Origin: a virus
Taxonomy: Duplodnaviria > Caudoviricetes
Strand: one strand, 5' to 3'
Length of the DNA: 34,232 nt
Virus record (IMG/VR): IMGVR_UViG_3300035130_000094
Span: 1 to 34,232 of that record
Each line of letters starts with the position of its first letter. The first letter of the stretch is position 1. A program made the position numbers and the translations under genes. Below are positions 26,238 through 34,022 of this stretch, piece after piece. The notes below the pieces were generated by a model. That model was not told the origin of the DNA and ran no database searches. It saw only the letters and a list, made by a program, of their open reading frames with translations.

Positions 26238-26661
26238 TTAAATCAATCCTTTTTTCCTGTTCCTTTTTTATTACGGCTTCGTATATTTCTATTTTTGATA
26301 ATTCAAGATATGTATTCCCTTTTCTAATTTTTACGCCAGATTCTACTATTTTTTTAGTATCTTTATTTTGAGAATCTTTTAATAAATTAAATCCAGCCGA
26401 ATAATTTTCTATTGCTTTAATTAAATGCTTATTAACATCTAAATACATAAATGGAACGTTTATAGTTTTTAAATATTCAACTGAAATATCAAAACCGTTT
26501 TCGATTTTTAAAGGTCCTTCGCTTTTAACTTTTGCTACCTTATCTAAAAGCTTTTTTATAGATTGCATAACTTTTTCAGTTTTCAATCTATAATCATATT
26601 CTTTTTTATCCTCCCAATCAAACCTTTTTCCTTTGTTTTTATTATCACTTTTATAATTCAT
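26224..26661 (-). CDS. Hypothetical protein
   Basis: 145 aa between portal and minor capsid, AAGGAAG RBS. Confidence 0.65.
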   Translation of the reverse strand: MNYKSDNKNKGKRFDWEDKKEYDYRLKTEKVMQSIKKLLDKVAKVKSEGPLKIENGFDISVEYLKTINVPFMYLDVNKHLIKAIENYSAGFNLLKDSQNKDTKKIVESGVKIRKGNTYLELSKIEIYEAVIKKEQEKRIDLNVKN

Positions 26662-26687
26662 TGTTTAACTTCCTTTCAAAGTTATTT

Positions 26688-28232
26688 TTATTCGGTTTCT
26701 TTTTCTTCCTGTTCTTCATCTTCTAACATTATATCATTATTATTTAAACCGTCGTTTTCTGTTAATCCGTTTTCGTCTTGAATTCTTTTTACTTCTGCTT
26801 CGACTTCTTCCTCTTCCCATGATGGATATTGCATTTTAACTTTAATATATGTACTAATTGCCCTTGCTTGTTCTAAATTTCTTATAGTTTCCGATTGTTC
26901 CTTAACATCAACTAAAATGCTATCCTCTAAGTTAATATTTATGTCTTCATCAGTATTATAAAACATTAAACTACTAGCATTGTCTAGATATTGAACTTGT
27001 ATTAATAAATTATATATTGCATTAACCCAATAATTTTCTTTTCGTCCTCTAGTAAAAAATGATTTTCTTTCTTTTATTTTTAAAGCTGTTCCGGAATCTT
27101 TGCCAGTTCCCGAAATATTGTAGCCAAAAGTATTAGGCGAATACCCAGAACGGCCAATTATTTCAACTATTAAGCCCTCAATAGCTTGTAAATGTTCGTT
27201 AATTCTCATGTCAAATTGAATCGATTCAATAGGTTTTGAATCATCACCTGACATATTTTTTTTACTGAAATCTAATTTAATAAAAGTTTTTTGGAATTTA
27301 GTAAAATTATTTAAATAACTTTTTCCTTCCGCTGTGTATAAATTTTGGTCACGGCTTAAAAGTTCTTCATCTATAAATAATTGTCCTAGTCCGTTCTGTA
27401 TATCTCGAGCCATAGACGACCATTCCATGTCAAGTGTATCAAGTAATGAAATACAGCCGGAATAATCATTAATTCCTAAGTAAGATTTAGGAACTATTTT
27501 ATTTGGTCTCATGTTCGGAACATATACAACACCAAGACCAATCATATTATTATAAACTACATCTTTATAATATTGTGTTTCTTCTAAGCTATCAATAGAA
27601 ATTTCATTACCTATTTTTTTGTCTGTTCCTTTGTATAGCTTGAACTCAATAAATAAATTTCCGTTTTCGTTTCTTCTGTTTTCAAATAGTCTAAATATAA
27701 CACTCCCACCTTGTTCTTTGCGAATTTCCGAATAAAAAAGAACTTCTTTTAACCTATTAAATGTAAATGTTGGAAATGCTTGACTAGGTGTAATTATGCT
27801 TAGAATTGGATATTGTGAAATAGAACTATCAATATCTAACTTTAAAAAACAACCTGATAAAGCGGCGGAAACTTCTGCACCTTCTTGAAATAATGAAAAT
27901 GCATTATTATCTTTTATAAATCCGTCTATTCTTTGACCCGCTTGCAAACTTTTGTCATAAGTAATTAATGGCATTTCAGAAAACAATAAGTTACTGCTAG
28001 TTTGTGCTATGTCTCCCGCCAATGGGCAATTTACAGCACTGGCGAACGTTTCAATATCAGCGGCGGACCAAAAAAGTTCATTAGTCCTATAATAAGTATC
28101 TGGAATCTTATTTCTATAAAATTCTAATAGCTGTTGAGGACTTCCAGAATACCACGCCCCCCACTCTGTATACTTTTGTTGCCAAAACTCCCACTCAACC
28201 GGTGGAAACGTGGAATTATCTTTTAAAAACAT
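26688..28232 (-). CDS. Portal protein (SPP1/A118-like)
   Basis: 514 aa after TerL; LA.DIAQTSSNLLFSE.P, VYVPN, GYSPNTFG, SGTALK, EVKRI..E motifs. Confidence 0.9.
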   Translation of the reverse strand: MFLKDNSTFPPVEWEFWQQKYTEWGAWYSGSPQQLLEFYRNKIPDTYYRTNELFWSAADIETFASAVNCPLAGDIAQTSSNLLFSEMPLITYDKSLQAGQRIDGFIKDNNAFSLFQEGAEVSAALSGCFLKLDIDSSISQYPILSIITPSQAFPTFTFNRLKEVLFYSEIRKEQGGSVIFRLFENRRNENGNLFIEFKLYKGTDKKIGNEISIDSLEETQYYKDVVYNNMIGLGVVYVPNMRPNKIVPKSYLGINDYSGCISLLDTLDMEWSSMARDIQNGLGQLFIDEELLSRDQNLYTAEGKSYLNNFTKFQKTFIKLDFSKKNMSGDDSKPIESIQFDMRINEHLQAIEGLIVEIIGRSGYSPNTFGYNISGTGKDSGTALKIKERKSFFTRGRKENYWVNAIYNLLIQVQYLDNASSLMFYNTDEDININLEDSILVDVKEQSETIRNLEQARAISTYIKVKMQYPSWEEEEVEAEVKRIQDENGLTENDGLNNNDIMLEDEEQEEKETE

Positions 28233-28235
28233 GTT

Positions 28236-29591
28236 TTATGCTCCTTTCTTTTTATTTGGAATGTTTAATATTTTCCATCTACTAGACGCCCATGCAATCA
28301 ATGCGTCTGGAAAATGGTCGTCGACTTTGTCAATTTGTTCTAAGTCAACGTTTTTATAATGAAACTTTTTAAGTTTTTCTTGTAAAGTTTTATCTGTTAT
28401 ATCTAGTAAATTTCTTTCTAACAAATATCTTATCACATTTATAGAAATATCTTTCCATTTATTAAAAGCGACCGGAATAACTTGCGTTGGAATACGTTTT
28501 TTTCGCAAAATATTTATTAAAGTTAATCCGGAATCTTTAGGGTTAGAATCACAATATATAACTTTTATTCTTCTATCTTCGCATATATCGGCTATTTCTT
28601 CGCACCTTTCGACTAACTCTCTATATTCCCATGAATAAGACTCAACGCATTTATAACGTTCTTTATTGTCTTGTATGATGTTTAATACTGTGCATGTATG
28701 ACCCCAATCAATACCGGCTTCATTCAAATATACATCTCTATCAAATTTATCTTTTATGCCTCTTCTGAATGAATTTTCGACCGTTTGCCATTCGAAAATA
28801 GTATCTCCAAGCTTAGGACGTTTAAGAGCATATTCGGCGTCCCACATTGCTTGACTCATTTGTCGACGTCTTCTCATTAATTCGTCAAAAGTCCAAAAAC
28901 CGTAAGGCGTTAACATATCTTTGTAACACCATTGATATAATTTTGCCCCGATTTTTTCTCTATTATCGATTATCTCAGTCATTAAACCGAATGCATGGTG
29001 CAAAGTAGAAGAAATAACAATATTATCCCTTATTCCATGATTTGACTTAGGTTGACCTAATGCCGCCTCATATATAACCTTATCCATTTCGTCAACTTCA
29101 TCAAGTCTTAATTTTTGCGGGTGTGGCCCTCTGACACTTTTAGGACTGGCCGCCAAAGCCGTGACCCATGAACCATTAGTTAGTCGAAAACCACGCCCGG
29201 CAACCTGTCCATTAACTAACATATGGGCTGGAACGTTTGGAAAACTCCACAACAAATCAAGATATGCAACAGCCTTTTGACTTTGTTCTAAGCTTCCTCC
29301 AAGAACTGTAGTTCCGCAATTCTTTTTAAAAACACTTTCAAGCCACGATAAAATTGATAAGGTCCACGTCTTACCAGTACCACGCATAGCATACCAAATT
29401 AAGAAATCGTCTTTTTCTGCATATGCCGACCATAAAGCGTCAAGAATGCTTTGATGGTCTTCGCAGTGAGCCGGATATGGTACACGATTATTAAATACAG
29501 TCGCACAGTAAACGGCTAATTCTTCTTTGGTCCGTGGAGCTTTGCAAGCGAATGAGTCCCCAACATCATAAACGTTTTTTGCCTCTATCAT
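28236..29591 (-). CDS. terL: Terminase large subunit
   Basis: Walker A AMRGTGKT, Walker B LRLDEVDE, nuclease GIDWG and DDHFPDAL. Confidence 0.93.
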   Translation of the reverse strand: MIEAKNVYDVGDSFACKAPRTKEELAVYCATVFNNRVPYPAHCEDHQSILDALWSAYAEKDDFLIWYAMRGTGKTWTLSILSWLESVFKKNCGTTVLGGSLEQSQKAVAYLDLLWSFPNVPAHMLVNGQVAGRGFRLTNGSWVTALAASPKSVRGPHPQKLRLDEVDEMDKVIYEAALGQPKSNHGIRDNIVISSTLHHAFGLMTEIIDNREKIGAKLYQWCYKDMLTPYGFWTFDELMRRRRQMSQAMWDAEYALKRPKLGDTIFEWQTVENSFRRGIKDKFDRDVYLNEAGIDWGHTCTVLNIIQDNKERYKCVESYSWEYRELVERCEEIADICEDRRIKVIYCDSNPKDSGLTLINILRKKRIPTQVIPVAFNKWKDISINVIRYLLERNLLDITDKTLQEKLKKFHYKNVDLEQIDKVDDHFPDALIAWASSRWKILNIPNKKKGA

Positions 29592-30154
29592 TCGTCATCG
29601 CTCCCAAATTCATCTAATTGTTTTATTTGCTCCTCTACCTGTTCTTTTTTATCCGGTTTAATTCCATATAAAACATTATAAGCTTGTTGTATAGTTTCAT
29701 CTGTAAATGTCTTTTCGTTGTCTTTATCTTGAATTATTACTGTTTTGTCGGCTTGTTGGAATCTCTCAGGCATTAAGTTTTTAATTGCAAAAATTAAAGC
29801 AGAAGTTGACGGCCTCATAAATTTAGTTGTTTTTTTTATTTTTTTTTTGGCTGATTTATTGCCGTTTTCGTCGACTATATATTCTTCTGATACTTCCTCT
29901 ATCATGTAGCCAGTTGCTTCTTTGTATAAGCTTTTGGTTAACTGAGATAATAATTTTTCTCTACTTTTTTCTATTGCTTTATTCAATTCCGAATAGGTGT
30001 CCATATAGCGATAAAATGTTTGTCTTACTATTCCTAATTTTTTTGCGATAATTTCGATTGTGTCGCCGTTTTCCCTCCAGAACTCTATTAAATCGAGTTT
30101 TGGTTTAACATGTGTTACATATTTGCTTTGTCTCCCAATGATAAACACCTCCAT
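29588..30154 (-). CDS. terS: Terminase small subunit (HTH); true start may be ATT at 30139
   Basis: GRQSKY..HVKPKL, HTH IAKKLGIVRQTFYRY, SLYKEATGY, PSTSALIFAIKN; directly upstream of terL. Confidence 0.85.
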   Translation of the reverse strand: MEVFIIGRQSKYVTHVKPKLDLIEFWRENGDTIEIIAKKLGIVRQTFYRYMDTYSELNKAIEKSREKLLSQLTKSLYKEATGYMIEEVSEEYIVDENGNKSAKKKIKKTTKFMRPSTSALIFAIKNLMPERFQQADKTVIIQDKDNEKTFTDETIQQAYNVLYGIKPDKKEQVEEQIKQLDEFGSDDE

Positions 30155-30186
30155 TAAAGTATATATTTAAATTATACATGAAAACG

Positions 30187-30222
30187 CAAAAAAAGAAACT
30201 AAGCTTTAAATAACTTAGTTCC
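30187..30222 (-). terminator. Terminator after Gam-like gene
   Basis: Minus strand GGAACTAAG-loop-CTTAGTTTC followed by T7. Confidence 0.6.
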
Positions 30223-30243
30223 GAATAAAAGTAAATTATGAAA

Positions 30244-30729
30244 TTACAAAAGTTTAATATTTAATTCACTTTCAGGTTTTAATTCTATTTTTACACTTTC
30301 TACAATTTCGCCGGTTTGTTGGTTAATTACATTATCACCAACAATTTTTAATAATGCTTTGTATCCGGCCCAATTTACATCTCTTTTCACTTTTATAAAT
30401 CTGTCAGGTATCTCATTTTCGTTAAAATCTTCTTTTAACTTCATGACAGATTGTTGTTTCTTAAAATATACTTTTGCCGATGGTGTTTTATAATTTAGTT
30501 CTGTTTTTGTTTCTTTCATTTTGTCTAAATTTACATCTAGTAAATTAGTGATTTGTATTTTAATATACTGTTCTTTGTCTGTGATATCCTTTTCTAATAA
30601 AGTCAATTTTCTTTTATATAGTTCAATCATTTGTTTATTAGTATTTAATTGGTCTTCTCTATCGCTTTTATATCTTCTTAATTCATCTATCAACAATTCG
30701 ATTTTAAAATTCAATTCTTTGTTATCCAT
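30244..30729 (-). CDS. Gam-like host-nuclease inhibitor (Mu Gam / Gp157-like)
   Basis: N-terminal coiled coil; KETKT...YKTPS, FIKVK..VNWA..K, VI...TGEIV..VKIE motifs. Confidence 0.7.
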   Translation of the reverse strand: MDNKELNFKIELLIDELRRYKSDREDQLNTNKQMIELYKRKLTLLEKDITDKEQYIKIQITNLLDVNLDKMKETKTELNYKTPSAKVYFKKQQSVMKLKEDFNENEIPDRFIKVKRDVNWAGYKALLKIVGDNVINQQTGEIVESVKIELKPESELNIKLL

Positions 30730-30745
30730 GTTTTTTTATTCTCCT

Positions 30746-31090
30746 TCATTTAAATTTAACTTTTTTATTGAGATTTAAGATTTTTTTAAAAATTATTGTG
30801 TTTTGGTTATTCGGAAAAGTATTTAATAAATCATCTCTTTCTAATAATGCTTTTATATGATTAATTTCATTTTCAAATAATATATCATTATCTACTATCC
30901 TATAACCGCCATTATATCCAGCCATGGATTGCACATTGTAACCTAAAGCTTTTAATTTAGCTATCATATGATGAATATTTCTATGTGATTTTAAATTTAA
31001 TTTTTCTAATATTTCTTTTGATTTTATATATTCGCCTTGTTTGCTATATAATAGATTTAAAAGTTTAAAAGTTCTATTATTATTATCCAT
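30746..31090 (-). CDS. Winged-helix (HTH_11/YafY N-terminus-like) protein
   Basis: R.FKLLNLL...IKSKEI.EKL..SHRNI...IAKLKALGYNVQS..GYNGGYRI; no WYL domain. Confidence 0.75.
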   Translation of the reverse strand: MDNNNRTFKLLNLLYSKQGEYIKSKEILEKLNLKSHRNIHHMIAKLKALGYNVQSMAGYNGGYRIVDNDILFENEINHIKALLERDDLLNTFPNNQNTIIFKKILNLNKKVKFK

Positions 31091-31117
31091 TGTTTAACCT
31101 CCTTTATTTATTAAAAA

Positions 31118-31151
31118 GCATATGCCGGAATCGAACCGGCTTTATTTATGC
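31118..31151 (-). ncRNA. tRNA T-arm-like hairpin on a short stem
   Basis: GCATA-AATAAA-GCCGG-TTCGATT-CCGGC-A-TATGC followed by T5. Confidence 0.45.
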
Positions 31152-31475
31152 ACCTATCAAAAATTTATTTTCTAATTCTTTTACAGTTTCAAACTTATAC
31201 AAATTATTATTATAATAATATCTGGTGCAATCTGAGTTATCTTCAATTTTTGTAACATTTTCATAATTAAAAATTAAAGTATCTTCTATAAATTCTATTA
31301 ATTCTTCTGAATAATCCTCTGAAATATTTTTTAATTCAATAATTTTTTTTGATAATTTTTCAGAAAATCTTTCTGTGTTATCACTTTCATTAATGAATCC
31401 TTTTTGAAATAATTCATTATCAATCAAAAATTTTATTAAATCCTTATAATCTGCAACATTAATATTTTTATTCAT
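31146..31475 (-). CDS. Hypothetical protein
   Basis: 109 aa, AAGGAGAATAAAAAAATG RBS/start. Confidence 0.7.
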   Translation of the reverse strand: MNKNINVADYKDLIKFLIDNELFQKGFINESDNTERFSEKLSKKIIELKNISEDYSEELIEFIEDTLIFNYENVTKIEDNSDCTRYYYNNNLYKFETVKELENKFLIGA

Positions 31476-31519
31476 TTTTTTATTCTCCTTTAGATTTTTA
31501 TTTTTTTTATTTGTTAAAA

Positions 31520-31642
31520 TGCGAATTGTTGGACTCGAACCAACACCGCCCCGCTTCTCCCATTTGATATAATATTCTTAAAGAATATATCGGACTCGAA
31601 CCGATAACCGCCGGGCAATGCTCCCATTTACACCAAATTCGC
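31520..31642 (-). ncRNA. Double-elbow tRNA-like RNA lacking an anticodon loop
   Basis: Two 7-bp acceptor-like stems (GCGAATT/AATTCGC; ATATTCT-tta-AGAATAT), two D-loop-like AAATGGGAG, two T-arms with TTCGAGT loops. Confidence 0.7.
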
Positions 31643-31649
31643 TATAAAT

Positions 31650-31820
31650 CTATCTTTCTTTTATTAGGTCAAGCGTATCTAAGTTTTCATTCAATAAATC
31701 ATCTAAAAACTTTTCCTCTTCCGTTAAATAATTTTCGTCTAAATCACAATTTGATAAATCTAAACTATTTATAAATTTTCCCTCTTCTTCCTCGTACTGC
31801 TCCATATCAAATATATCCAT
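31650..31820 (-). CDS. Highly acidic 56-aa protein
   Basis: Not in ORF track. MDIFDMEQYEEEEENFINSLDLSNCDLDENILTEEEKFLDDLLNENLDTLDLIKER; AAAGGGG RBS; own promoter. Confidence 0.7.
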   Translation of the reverse strand: MDIFDMEQYEEEEGKFINSLDLSNCDLDENYLTEEEKFLDDLLNENLDTLDLIKER

Positions 31821-31861
31821 AATGAACCCCTTTCAATAATTTAATTATTTACTATACATAT

Positions 31862-31890
31862 ATATTACCACATAGAAAAATATATGTCAA
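31862..31890 (-). promoter_or_regulatory. Strong SigA-type promoter
   Basis: TTGACA-17-TAATAT with TG extended -10. Confidence 0.75.
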
Positions 31891-31900
31891 GAAATAAATA

Positions 31901-31936
31901 AAAAAAAGTGAGATTTTTTTAACCTCACTTTTTTTT
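31901..31936. terminator. Bidirectional intrinsic terminator
   Basis: AAAAAAAGTGAG-loop-CTCACTTTTTTT. Confidence 0.7.
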
Positions 31937-32091
31937 ACATTTACAATCATAATAATTCAAGACTATAAATATATTATCATATTTTTTGATTGAATATTTC
32001 TTTTATTATTAACTCTGTTCCGTCTTTTAATCTAATATTCACTATATTCATTTTTAACCCCTCCCGAATAAATAATATTTTCTTGATTTTT

Positions 32092-32424
32092 TTAAAAAAC
32101 TTTATCATTCATAATATGAATTTTTTTTAAAATTTCTTCTGAATCAATATATTTTCTATTTTTTAGTAATTTTTCAATTAATTTTATTTCATTTTCTGAT
32201 AGTCTGTTTTTTTCAATAAGTTTTATTCCGTTTCCGAACCTTCCTATATCTGAATCAAATTCAACCCCGAATTTTTTTAATTTTTGCATATAACGCCATA
32301 TAGTTTTATTAGAACCATACCCGTATATTTCAATATCTTTCTTTTTAACATATTCTTTGCCTCTCATGAATTTAACAAAATCAATCAGATTTGTTAAACC
32401 ATCTTCACGAATTTTTTTTTCCAT
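32092..32424 (-). CDS. Winged-helix (HTH_11-like) protein
   Basis: KEYVKKKDI...SNKTIWRYMQKLKKFGVEFDSDIGRFGNGIKL...LSENEI; similar layout to 30746..31090. Confidence 0.65.
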   Translation of the reverse strand: MEKKIREDGLTNLIDFVKFMRGKEYVKKKDIEIYGYGSNKTIWRYMQKLKKFGVEFDSDIGRFGNGIKLIEKNRLSENEIKLIEKLLKNRKYIDSEEILKKIHIMNDKVF

Positions 32425-32445
32425 TTTTCAAATCTCCTTTTTGTT

Positions 32446-32535
32446 TTAATATTTTACATTTATATAGTCTAAAACCTTTTTTAAATCTAAATTATTAATG
32501 CAATAATTATATAATTGAGGGTGTGTTTTTTTCAT
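32446..32535 (-). CDS. 29-aa micro-protein
   Basis: MKKTHPQLYNYCINNLDLKKVLDYINVKY; GGAGGGAAGGG RBS and dedicated promoter. Confidence 0.5.
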   Translation of the reverse strand: MKKTHPQLYNYCINNLDLKKVLDYINVKY

Positions 32536-32550
32536 TATATAATCCCTTCC

Positions 32551-32619
32551 CTCCGGTAAAATTCACTTTCTTAACGTGTCTATATTGTATACCATATTGA
32601 CATAAAAGTCAACACTTTT
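32551..32619 (-). promoter_or_regulatory. Repeated promoter/leader cassette, copy 2
   Basis: AAAAGTG-TTGACT-17-TACAAT-ATAGACACGTTAA...TTTTACCGGAGG. Confidence 0.75.
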
Positions 32620-32681
32620 AAAAAGTTTTTCAAGTTTCTTTTTATTCGGTGCTGACTTTGCAAAATCTTTATTTTATTGAT

Positions 32682-33065
32682 TTACTGCAATTTTTTGTTT
32701 CTTATTTCGCATATTTTATCTAACATATTTTTTAATTCAAAATTGGAATATTTATCAAATTTTATATTTTCATATTCTGGATTTTCAATAAATTGTTTCA
32801 TTATTTTTATTGCTGTAATTATTTGTTTTCTTTCATTTATTGCCTGCTCTTCTCTGATAGTATATTCATTTTCGATTTTATCCATTATATCAATTGATTT
32901 GAATATAAAAGATTTGTAAACTTTGTTTTTAGAAGTATCTAGTTTTTTATATGCTTGAGATTTAAAAAACATTTCACGTCTGGACCAGTGCCAAAGCTCC
33001 CAACCGTCTCTTTTATAACTTCTGATAGTATTTAACAATTCTTTATATGCTTCTTTCATAGTCAT
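32682..33065 (-). CDS. Hypothetical protein
   Basis: 127 aa, GGAGGT RBS, own promoter. Confidence 0.7.
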   Translation of the reverse strand: MTMKEAYKELLNTIRSYKRDGWELWHWSRREMFFKSQAYKKLDTSKNKVYKSFIFKSIDIMDKIENEYTIREEQAINERKQIITAIKIMKQFIENPEYENIKFDKYSNFELKNMLDKICEIRNKKLQ

Positions 33066-33074
33066 AATATATAC

Positions 33075-33156
33075 CTCCGGTAAAATTTAATTTGTTAAAC
33101 TGTTTTTTAACATGTCTATATTGTATATTATTTATTTAAAAAAGTCAACACTTTTT
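33075..33156 (-). promoter_or_regulatory. Repeated promoter/leader cassette, copy 3
   Basis: AAAAGTG-TTGACT-17-TACAAT-ATAGACATGTTAA...TTTTACCGGAGG. Confidence 0.75.
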
Positions 33157-33261
33157 TTATCTTCATAGACTCATTTACAGCGTTTTAATTTTATATCTAT
33201 CTTACAATTAATCATTACAGAAAATAAAAAAGCTACAAACGAATATTATTATTTCTTGAAT

Positions 33262-33340
33262 CGCTGTAGCTATTGATATTACTGGTTTTAAAGTTGATAT
33301 TTTTAAAGCCGCTGTACCTGTTGATATCAGCGGTTTTAAA
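33262..33340. repeat. Imperfect 31-bp direct repeat
   Basis: CGCTGTAGCTATTGATATTACTGGTTTTAAA / CGCTGTACCTGTTGATATCAGCGGTTTTAAA (26/31 identical). Confidence 0.6.
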
Positions 33341-33393
33341 ATTTAGCTTATTTTTATTTTAAAATTCGTTTAAATTATCCGAATAAAAGTAAA

Positions 33394-33786
33394 TTAATAA
33401 TATTTTTTCTTTCTAATTACTGTTGTAGATGTATTTATTTGTGAATTATCATTTGCAATATTTATGCTACCCGTATTATTTTTAATATTTATATTATCAT
33501 TACTTTTAACAATTTCATCTAATACAATCCTATTACATTTTTTCCCGGCTAAATTGCCAGATACTATATTTCTTTTTATATTAATTTTAGATTTTAAACG
33601 AATATAAAAATCATTGTTTAATGAATTTATTAAATCTTCTTTTTCTTCTTTTGATAATTTTAATTCTAAACATCTATCAAAATTATTAACTAAAATTTCG
33701 AATGGTTGTCTGCTTTTGTTTTTCACGTCGTCCTTCATTTTGTTAAAACTTTTATTATATTTTTCTTCACTCATTTTATAAAACAT
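33394..33786 (-). CDS. Hypothetical protein
   Basis: 130 aa, AAGGAG RBS. Confidence 0.65.
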   Translation of the reverse strand: MFYKMSEEKYNKSFNKMKDDVKNKSRQPFEILVNNFDRCLELKLSKEEKEDLINSLNNDFYIRLKSKINIKRNIVSGNLAGKKCNRIVLDEIVKSNDNINIKNNTGSINIANDNSQINTSTTVIRKKKYY

Positions 33787-33812
33787 TTTTCATTCTCCTT
33801 TTATTTTATTAA

Positions 33813-33995
33813 TCAAAAAAATCCTTTTGGTCCTTCCGGTCTTTTCCCACCACTTCTTTTAGTCTTGTTATTCCCAAAAGATTTCTTTCCTAGACCAAAA
33901 AAATCGGTAGTCGGGTCAACGTCGTCATTTGTATTAATATTATTGTAATATTCACAAGCTGATTTTTTACAAATCCAACAATTTTTACATTTCAT
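33813..33995 (-). CDS. Small Cys-rich (CxxCxxCxxxxC) protein
   Basis: MKCKNCWICKKSAC; AAGGAGAATAAAAAAATG RBS/start. Confidence 0.65.
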   Translation of the reverse strand: MKCKNCWICKKSACEYYNNINTNDDVDPTTDFFGLGKKSFGNNKTKRSGGKRPEGPKGFF

Positions 33996-34022
33996 TTTTT
34001 TATTCTCCTTTAATTTTTTTAT

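Noticed and set aside
31520-31642. Canonical tRNA gene(s) or tmRNA
   Set aside because: No anticodon stem-loop in either unit; too short for tmRNA and lacks the Ala G3:U70 pair and a tag ORF.
31977-32051. 24-aa ORF MNIVNIRLKDGTELIIKEIFNQKI with GGAGGGG RBS
   Set aside because: Plausible RBS but too short to support a call; may be a frameshifted remnant.
2240-33948. All plus-strand ORFs in the track (60-103 aa)
   Set aside because: Antisense shadows of well-supported minus-strand genes, with no recognisable motifs or evident RBS.
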